Source: Anaerolineales bacterium (GTDB taxonomy: Bacteria > Chloroflexota > Anaerolineae > Anaerolineales > RBG-16-64-43). Taken from it: a stretch of DNA of 64,000 nucleotides. Where the stretch lies: positions 4,562 to 68,561 of the forward strand of contig JAFGCU010000120.1 in NCBI GenBank assembly GCA_016932475.1. Direction: 5' to 3'. The position numbers and the translations under genes are program-made. The notes below the pieces were generated by a model that had not been told where the DNA came from, searched no databases, and saw only the letters and a list, made by a program, of their open reading frames with translations. Numbering within the stretch: position 1 is the stretch's first letter; each line of letters begins with the position of its first letter. Positions 9,245 to 15,594 of the stretch are shown here, in pieces.

Positions 9245-10270
9245 TTACGCGGATTGCCGGACGACCAGTTCGACCGGAACGGTTGTGTGCGTGACGGCGC
9301 GCGTCCGGATGTATTGCAGAAGGTTCTGGGCCAGCAACTTTCCCACCAGCGGAATGTTCTGGCTGACGGTTGTGAGCGTCGGGGTCACTTTTTCCGTGAT
9401 CGAGAGGTTATCGTACCCGACCACCGCGACATCTTCCGGCACGCGTTTCCCGATTTCCCGCAGCACCTGCATCGCCCCGATTGCCATCAGGTCGCTGTTG
9501 ACGAACACCGCATCCAGATCCGGCGCGCGGTCGAGCAAAGAGCGCATTTTTTCCGCGCCGGATTTGTCGGAATAATCGCCGTGCACGACCCGCAGCGGGT
9601 CAACGATCAACCCCGCCTCTTGGAGGGCGGTGGAGTAGCCTTCGAACCGGAGCGAGACTTCCTTCTCCTCGGACGGCCCGCCCAGGAAGGCGATCCGTTT
9701 CCGGCCAAGCCCGGCTAGGTGCCCGGCCGCGAGTTTCCCGCCCGTCAAATCGTCCCCGATCACCGTGCAATAGGAGTATTTCGGGTGCGGGATGCCCCAG
9801 GCGATGAACGGGGCATCCATCTCCACCAGCATTTTGATGTGCGCCTGCTTTCGGGTCGAGGTCATCAGGATAAAACCGTCCGCCCGCCCGGCCGCCAGGT
9901 GCTGGGCCGGCCAATCGGCGTCGCACGGGTCCACAAACAGCATCAGCAGGTCGTACCCTTGCTCCTTCAGCCCGCTGGTAATCCCGCCCAGAATCTCCAT
10001 GGTGAACAGATCGCACACGGAAAACTGCTTGTACATCGAATGGGTCACGAAGGCGATCGTGTTGCTCTGTTTCAGGGTCAGCCGCCGGGCCGGCATGTTG
10101 ATCTGGAAATGCCGCTTTTTTGCGATGGCGTTGATCTTCTGCTTGGTTCCATCGCCGATCAGCGGGTTGTCGTTCAGCGCGCGCGAAACCGTCGACTTGG
10201 AAACACCCGCTTCCCGGGCGATGTCGGCGATCGTGCAGGCTTTCTTCTTTTCCACAGCCCTGGGCTTCAT
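9245..10270 (-). CDS. LacI-family transcriptional regulator
   Basis: TIADIAREAGVSKSTVSRALN is the helix-turn-helix, followed by a periplasmic-binding-protein-like sugar-binding fold. The likely start is MKPRAV at 10270. Confidence 0.85.
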   Translation of the reverse strand: MKPRAVEKKKACTIADIAREAGVSKSTVSRALNDNPLIGDGTKQKINAIAKKRHFQINMPARRLTLKQSNTIAFVTHSMYKQFSVCDLFTMEILGGITSGLKEQGYDLLMLFVDPCDADWPAQHLAAGRADGFILMTSTRKQAHIKMLVEMDAPFIAWGIPHPKYSYCTVIGDDLTGGKLAAGHLAGLGRKRIAFLGGPSEEKEVSLRFEGYSTALQEAGLIVDPLRVVHGDYSDKSGAEKMRSLLDRAPDLDAVFVNSDLMAIGAMQVLREIGKRVPEDVAVVGYDNLSITEKVTPTLTTVSQNIPLVGKLLAQNLLQYIRTRAVTHTTVPVELVVRQSA

Positions 10271-10282
10271 CTTGTCAGAATT

Positions 10283-10298
10283 ATGCAACCGGTTGCAT
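10283..10298. promoter_or_regulatory. LacI-type operator candidate (16-bp perfect palindrome), autoregulatory position
   Basis: atgcaacc|ggttgcat lies 13 nt upstream of the proposed LacI start. Same core as 9211-9230. Confidence 0.55.
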
Positions 10299-10996
10299 GA
10301 TTTGTCAAGAGGGAAATGGTTTTTTTTCAAGCGGGCCGCAATGTCAAAAAAACGAGGAATGGATAAACCAATAATTTGTTTCCTTGGTGCCTCGGTATCT
10401 TGGTGGTTTTATGTCTTTTTTTTATCCGGAAAACCAATTGACCGCAAAGTCAACAAGACGCGAAGAATTCAATAAGTGAGTGCAGGATTTCCTGGGTGCC
10501 TTGGTCCCTGAGTGTCATGGTGGTTTCCGGTCAGTTGGTCAGCCGCATTGCCGCAGGGCGCACCTCCCCCTACGGATCGTCCAACTGTCCGGCTTCGTGC
10601 CGAAAGCCATCGATCTTCCGGAACAACGAAATCCATCCGCCGACGTAAGCGCCCAAAGCGGCATCGTTCACTCCCGGCGGATTTGCTCCCGGGCGGAGGA
10701 GAAAATCGGTCACATCGTCCCGCAGAAATTCACCGCGTCGATGCACCAACGGGAGGATATCTATTCCATCGGCGCACTGAGGCAAACCATCGTGGCGGCA
10801 AGCTTGATGCCCTCCTACGCAAGTTTCGTTCGTTTCGGGACCGCAGGGTCGCCGCGTGGCCATCGATTCCCCCGAATAGCAGCACCATCACCCAGAACAG
10901 CGGTTGGGCGCGGACCGGGATTCCGAACAGGATGCAGTCCGCTCGAAGCGGGTCGGTGAAGGTGATCCGGTATGCCGGATTCGAAATCCCGCTGGA

Positions 10997-11779
10997 TTAC
11001 GCCGCGATGAGCGCCAGAATACCGAGGATCGACAAGAGGACATTGCCGACCAGATGCGCGACGAACGCCGGCCAGATGCTTTTGCTTTTATAGCAGATGA
11101 ACGCAAACATCAGGCTGGAGATCAGCAACACCGGGAGCAGCCAGAGCTGAAAGGTATGATACAGGGCAAACAGTACCCCGTTCAGAACCCAGCTCCAGCC
11201 GCCGAAGCGCGACAGTTTCGGCAGCATCCAGGCCCGGAAGTACAGCTCTTCGCTCAGGATGTTCAGGATCAGCACCAACCCGATCAGCGGTAAAAGCCCA
11301 TACTGACCCGTCAGCGCAAGCCCGGGCGAGACCACGTTCATCTCCGCGGTTGCCGCATTGACGGAGGGATTGAGGAAAAAAGGCATGTATCCGGGAATGG
11401 TGAACCCGACCGCGTTAAGTACCGGCGGGATAATCCCCTGTACACCGGCCGCCAGCACCACGCTGAGAACCGCGAGACCAAGGCAGATCGCCCATTGCTT
11501 CAGGGATATTTTCTTCAGGCACATCCGCGTCCAAAGCGAGAGGCCCATTTCCTTAGCCTCCCGGCGCAGGAGGAAGAGCGCAATCAGCACAAAGATGAGC
11601 AACATCGCGCCGGCCACCCACGAGTAGGCGATAAGTACCGGCGTTCCGTTGCGGACGACCGCCGGCAGGACGGCATGGAATCCGACAAAGGCGAAAGCGC
11701 TTGGCGCGAACACGGCCAGCAATGATTGGAGGATCGATAATTGACGCGCGTTGCGCCAATCGAACGAATTGGCATTCAT
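10997..11779 (-). CDS. CPBP-family intramembrane glutamic endopeptidase (CAAX protease/Abi)
   Basis: Carries SEELYFRAWMLP (EExxxR), FALYHTF (FxxxH) and AHLVGN (HxxxN) motifs across multiple TM segments. Start MNANSF at 11779. Confidence 0.8.
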   Translation of the reverse strand: MNANSFDWRNARQLSILQSLLAVFAPSAFAFVGFHAVLPAVVRNGTPVLIAYSWVAGAMLLIFVLIALFLLRREAKEMGLSLWTRMCLKKISLKQWAICLGLAVLSVVLAAGVQGIIPPVLNAVGFTIPGYMPFFLNPSVNAATAEMNVVSPGLALTGQYGLLPLIGLVLILNILSEELYFRAWMLPKLSRFGGWSWVLNGVLFALYHTFQLWLLPVLLISSLMFAFICYKSKSIWPAFVAHLVGNVLLSILGILALIAA

Positions 11780-12007
11780 ATGGGTTTCCTTTTTTATTGG
11801 GAATAATCTGCAGTAATGCATTGTATCAGAACCCCAAGTGGAAAAAGAATACTCTCCGAAAAAGCATCGCCTCATTTTTCAACGTAAATGTTTTCGCATC
11901 CCGCGTCTGTGATGCTGGCGCCGGGAACCCGATATCCCGGAATTATTGGATCCATCATTTATCCAAATTCTCCAATATCGGCGTAGAGCCGTGTCTTTTT
12001 ATAAGGT

Positions 12008-12036
12008 AAAAAAACCTCTCCGCCGAAGCGAAGAGG
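12008..12036 (-). terminator. Rho-independent terminator of the small basic-protein gene
   Basis: The minus strand reads cctcttcgc ttcg gcggagagg ttttttt: a 9-bp stem with one mismatch, a tetraloop and a T7 run, 35 nt after the stop at 12071. Confidence 0.6.
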
Positions 12037-12070
12037 ACCGGTGCACCTATGCGGTTTTTCGGAAATAGAA

Positions 12071-12196
12071 TCAAATGGTGGTCACGTTTATGTTATTCTT
12101 CTTCTCCTGCTTCAGCTTCCGCTTTTCCTTGAGAGAATGTTTGGCCTTTTTCTTCTCTTCTCTGCCGGCCTTATCCTTGCTTCCCTTGTCGCCCAT
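12071..12196 (-). CDS. 41-aa highly basic Lys-rich protein
   Basis: MGDKGSKDKAGREEKKKAKHSLKEKRKLKQEKKNNINVTTI. The ATG is preceded by AAGGAGGAATGAA (strong SD) and the gene is followed by a good terminator. Confidence 0.5.
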   Translation of the reverse strand: MGDKGSKDKAGREEKKKAKHSLKEKRKLKQEKKNNINVTTI

Positions 12197-12333
12197 TTCA
12201 TTCCTCCTTGGTAGAGTGTCAGCCGATCCGGACGGACGGTGCGAAACGCCGGGCTGTCTTGGGTTTGCCCGGGGATTGCACGGCGCCATACCACCGATAT
12301 TTTAACCCCCATTCCCCAAATCGAAAAATCCGG

Positions 12334-13182
12334 TTATTCGCCGGGAGCCCGCCCCTCCTCCCACCACGGGAATATGTGACGTTCGATCAGCTCGCACCAC
12401 CGTACGCACGCCGCCTCAAGCTCCGCCTGGGTCTTGTAGGCCAGGCTGTCGGATCGAATTCCAATCGTCCGCAGGTTGAAAAATTCACACTTATCGGAAT
12501 CCGGGATTCGCGCGGCCAAGACGCTCAGCCGGTACCCGAATTTATCCCGGCCGATCAGAACCGTCTGCTCGGCTTTATTCTTTCTGCGCTTGAGATATTT
12601 CCCCTCCGACCAGCCTCCGCCTCCATCAATTCCAAAACCCGCTTGGACAAGAAAAGGAACCAATATCTTTCGAACCGCAGCACCGACCCGGATCTTGCGC
12701 GCATCCTCCCGGCCGATCAGCTCGGCCCTCACGGCGTACGCCTTGTCCAATTCCGCGGCCTCCGCCATCTTTTGCCGGGCTTCCCCGATCCGGCCCGCCG
12801 CCAGCAGCTTGTCGGCCTCGACGCTCTTTTCATAGCCGGCGAGCTTTGCCTCATCGATTTCATGGATACCGTATGTCATGGATCCTCCGAATTTTTTCGG
12901 GCGGCCGGCGGTTCGGTATCTGCCGGATCCCGGGTATATCTCCTCGATGCCCGCCGTTCCGTCCCGCCGGTTCGGCTCGCCGTCCTTTATAAATTGATTC
13001 GGCCGGCCTGTCTCTCCGGCCGTCCACTCGAAGAAGTTCTTGACGGTCTCAAAAAGCGCGCGAATGGTTTCGGCGCCGGGATGGTCATACACCCCATCGA
13101 GACCGGCCTGTATGGAAGGCGGGTTATCCTTCGTCTGCGCGAGCACCCGCATCCGCCGCTCATGATACCGACAACAACTCAT
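12334..13182 (-). CDS. Hypothetical protein; C-terminal ~180 aa may be a separate or alternative product
   Basis: 282-aa ORF that is GC3-rich throughout. The internal ATG at 12879 (MTYGIHEIDE) is preceded by GGAGGA at ideal spacing. The N-terminal starts at 13182 and 13152 lack an SD. No family recognised with confidence. Confidence 0.5.
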   Translation of the reverse strand: MSCCRYHERRMRVLAQTKDNPPSIQAGLDGVYDHPGAETIRALFETVKNFFEWTAGETGRPNQFIKDGEPNRRDGTAGIEEIYPGSGRYRTAGRPKKFGGSMTYGIHEIDEAKLAGYEKSVEADKLLAAGRIGEARQKMAEAAELDKAYAVRAELIGREDARKIRVGAAVRKILVPFLVQAGFGIDGGGGWSEGKYLKRRKNKAEQTVLIGRDKFGYRLSVLAARIPDSDKCEFFNLRTIGIRSDSLAYKTQAELEAACVRWCELIERHIFPWWEEGRAPGE

Positions 13183-13354
13183 AATGCGCGAGGATCAGGC
13201 AGCCGCCGAACAACGCCGGGGTTCCGGGGGAAACCCCGAGCAGGCACCGGTTCGAAAGCCGCCGCGCTTCGTTGGCATTCCAATTCCAGGCTTCAGACCA
13301 GGCGTGGAACCGCGGCTATGCCGGGGCGTATTTCCTCCGGATTCGCTGCGCCCG

Positions 13355-14029
13355 CTACGGACGAATCTCCACCGCCACGCCCAATCCGCCCGCGCGGGAT
13401 CCGCGCAGGATCTCGAAAAGCTCGATTACATCCGCATCGTCCAGGGCGATGCATCCCCAAGTCCAATCACGATCGCTCCCGCCGCCGTGGATCAGAATAT
13501 CGTTCCAGATCGGGTACCCGGGATTTCCCTCATTGAAAGCATACACTTCCCAGATCGTATCGAGCGGTCCGTGACCTTCGCTCCAAGCCTCCAGCCGTCG
13601 CCGGCCATCCGCCCCGTATTGGAGCTCATAATCCGCCAGGGATTGCGCGGTCGTCTCAAGGAGCATCTGCCGCGGCCCGAACCGCGATTCATACTGCATG
13701 CTGGCGATCATAAAAATGCCTTCCGGAGTCAGTTCGTCTTCCCAGGTTTTCCGCGGCGCCGGGCCGTGTTCACTGATCGCCGCACGGAAGGCTTTCACCT
13801 CCCGATCACCGGCGTGCACGACCAGCCGATGCTCGGATTTCGTCACCACAATCCGGTAATCATCGACCGGCGCGACCGGGACATGAAAAGTCACCATCCA
13901 GCGCCATACCAGGTACTCGCGGATGTGGCCGCCGGAAAGGCGGTAAAGCCCCAGCCCGCCGAGAAGAAAAGCGGTCCAGAGGAGCAGGATGCCCCATCGC
14001 GGATCGAATCTTTTAGGTGGGCGATTCAA
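13355..14029 (-). CDS. L,D-transpeptidase (YkuD) family protein with N-terminal membrane anchor
   Basis: ILIHGGGSDRDWTWGCIALDD is the H-G...(S/T)xGC catalytic motif. The TTG start overlaps the upstream stop (TTGA). The TM helix is GILLLWTAFLLGGLGLY. Confidence 0.75.
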   Translation of the reverse strand: MNRPPKRFDPRWGILLLWTAFLLGGLGLYRLSGGHIREYLVWRWMVTFHVPVAPVDDYRIVVTKSEHRLVVHAGDREVKAFRAAISEHGPAPRKTWEDELTPEGIFMIASMQYESRFGPRQMLLETTAQSLADYELQYGADGRRRLEAWSEGHGPLDTIWEVYAFNEGNPGYPIWNDILIHGGGSDRDWTWGCIALDDADVIELFEILRGSRAGGLGVAVEIRP

Positions 14030-14742
14030 AATGCCACCTCCAACAATGAGTGTAATCCATCGTTCTGTATTTCGCCTTGCTGCAACCGATGGATTCCCCT
14101 GTCAAGCACTTCGGCGGCTTCTTTCACGAACCGGTCCATCCTAGCCCCGGCCAGATACACGCGCTCCCTGGAAAATATCTCGTCGGTCTCGGCATCCGTG
14201 CGCCGATAATAGGTCTTGATATAGTCAATTCGCTGCCGGACCCCTTCCGGGAGCAGGATATCCAGATAATTCACGGGGTATTTGCAGTTCAGGAAGACGC
14301 GCCAGAATAAAGCTTCCGGGTGATTACGGACGTAGACGAAATCCAATCCATACCAATCTTTTTTCACCTCCCATATGAAATTCGGATCGGCGTCGAACCG
14401 GGCTTTATAACGCTCGATCGTCGGCCGCAGAATCCGCAACCGCCAAAGGTTATCCGTAACCAGGTGGCAGAAATACCCCCACAGAAAGGAGAATTTCTCC
14501 TTGTCCCTCTCCGGCCTGGACAGGTGCTCGCGGAAAAAGCCAAGATCGTCCATGGGATGCACGCACCCATCCGGCGCTTTGAAATGAGTCACATCGCCCG
14601 GCGGCGTGAATTTTTCCCATTTTTCATCGGGGATCCCGGAATCCGGGGCAATGCTGCCGACCGCAAACGGGGCAGGCAATAATCCGGGAATTCTTTCCAA
14701 CAAATTCTCCGCTATGCGCAGATGTGCGATCCAGGTCGCCAT
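14026..14742 (-). CDS. Zinc-dependent phospholipase C / P1-nuclease-like family protein
   Basis: The N-terminal WIAHLRIAENLL...GSIAPD pattern matches that family as I remember it. AAGGAGAG precedes the ATG. A 4-nt overlap with the downstream gene implies an operon. Confidence 0.55.
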   Translation of the reverse strand: MATWIAHLRIAENLLERIPGLLPAPFAVGSIAPDSGIPDEKWEKFTPPGDVTHFKAPDGCVHPMDDLGFFREHLSRPERDKEKFSFLWGYFCHLVTDNLWRLRILRPTIERYKARFDADPNFIWEVKKDWYGLDFVYVRNHPEALFWRVFLNCKYPVNYLDILLPEGVRQRIDYIKTYYRRTDAETDEIFSRERVYLAGARMDRFVKEAAEVLDRGIHRLQQGEIQNDGLHSLLEVAF

Positions 14743-15156
14743 GTCTCTCCTTTACCCAACGCTGTTTTGCCCAATCCCCCGGAATCCGCGCTCCGGCTGG
14801 AATGGCTTACCCCTTTGGATCCTTCGCGCCGAAAGCCAAAAAACCAACTTTCCACCGGGAGCCCTTCGGCATTCCACGCGAATTTTCATGTTTCGCATTG
14901 TATGAATTATGCATCCGCGTTCCGGCGGCGGCACAGTTCTGGTTTTTCGCCGCCGGGCTTGTTAATTTTATATGCTTCCACCCCGTTCGCGCGGATGTCA
15001 TAGGGGCATCGTAACCTTGCGATGGGATATATTCCTGCATGGGCGCACTTTGAGTCGAATCCCCTCCGGATTCACCGTGATATCTCTGCGGATTCTGCCC
15101 CCCTGGCAATCAGCACCCGCCGGAAAACCCAAACAAAATCTTAATACCCCGCTTAA

Positions 15157-15186
15157 TTGACGCCCCCCGCCCTTTCCCGATATAAT
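15157..15186 (+). promoter_or_regulatory. Sigma70-like promoter candidate upstream of purL
   Basis: TTGACG (15157-15162), an 18-nt spacer, then TATAAT (15181-15186). It sits about 410 nt upstream of purL, so the repeats at 15295-15485 would be in the leader. Confidence 0.3.
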
Positions 15187-15294
15187 TCGCCAAGCGTATG
15201 GTTGGATCGTTATCCCGGCATAGTTGAACCCGAGACAAAAATAGACCTTGCCGGGATCGTCATCCCGACGCCTGCCCTCGCGCCCGCCCCGCAC

Positions 15295-15360
15295 CTGCCC
15301 TCGCGGAGCATCCCTGCTCGGGTTGGTTTTATGAGCAGGGATGCTTGCGAAGCGAGGGGA
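15295..15360 (+). repeat. Nested-hairpin intergenic repeat, family A copy 2
   Basis: Outer stem ccctcgc/gcgaggg (15298-15304 / 15352-15358). Inner 12-bp stem gcatccctgctc/gagcagggatgc (15308-15319 / 15333-15344). Confidence 0.85.
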
Positions 15361-15375
15361 GCGATGAGCATTGGA

Positions 15376-15485
15376 GCAATCCCAATGCGAATGCTTCGCG
15401 AACGGGGAAGCATCCATGCTCGATGTTGATTTATGAGCATGGATGGATGCGCCTGCCCTGCGTTTTTTGGCAGGGAAGCGGGGGT
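15376..15485 (+). repeat. ~110-nt three-hairpin element, copy 1 (homologous to 25643-25751)
   Basis: H1 is gcgaa/ttcgc, H2 is catccatgctc/gagcatggatg and H3 is ccctgc/gcaggg. It is collinear with the second copy, with compensatory changes in H2. Confidence 0.8.
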
Positions 15486-15594
15486 GTTCTTGGCCGGGGC
15501 CGGCGCGAGCGCCGCTCAACGCACCTTCCATTAAAGAGCCAATCCACATCCTGGCCGCTTCCGCTCTGCGGGCGGCTTCCTGGGAGACCCTATC

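Noticed and set aside
10570-10863. 97-aa minus-strand ORF downstream of the CPBP gene. It ends ...FRHEAGQLDDP, faintly DinB-like.
   Set aside because: Third-position GC bias is much weaker than in neighbouring genes. There is no clear family motif, and a plus-strand ORF of similar quality overlaps it. It may be a decayed gene fragment but is not supportable as a CDS. The adjacent 10371-10535 is made of family B-like repeat fragments.
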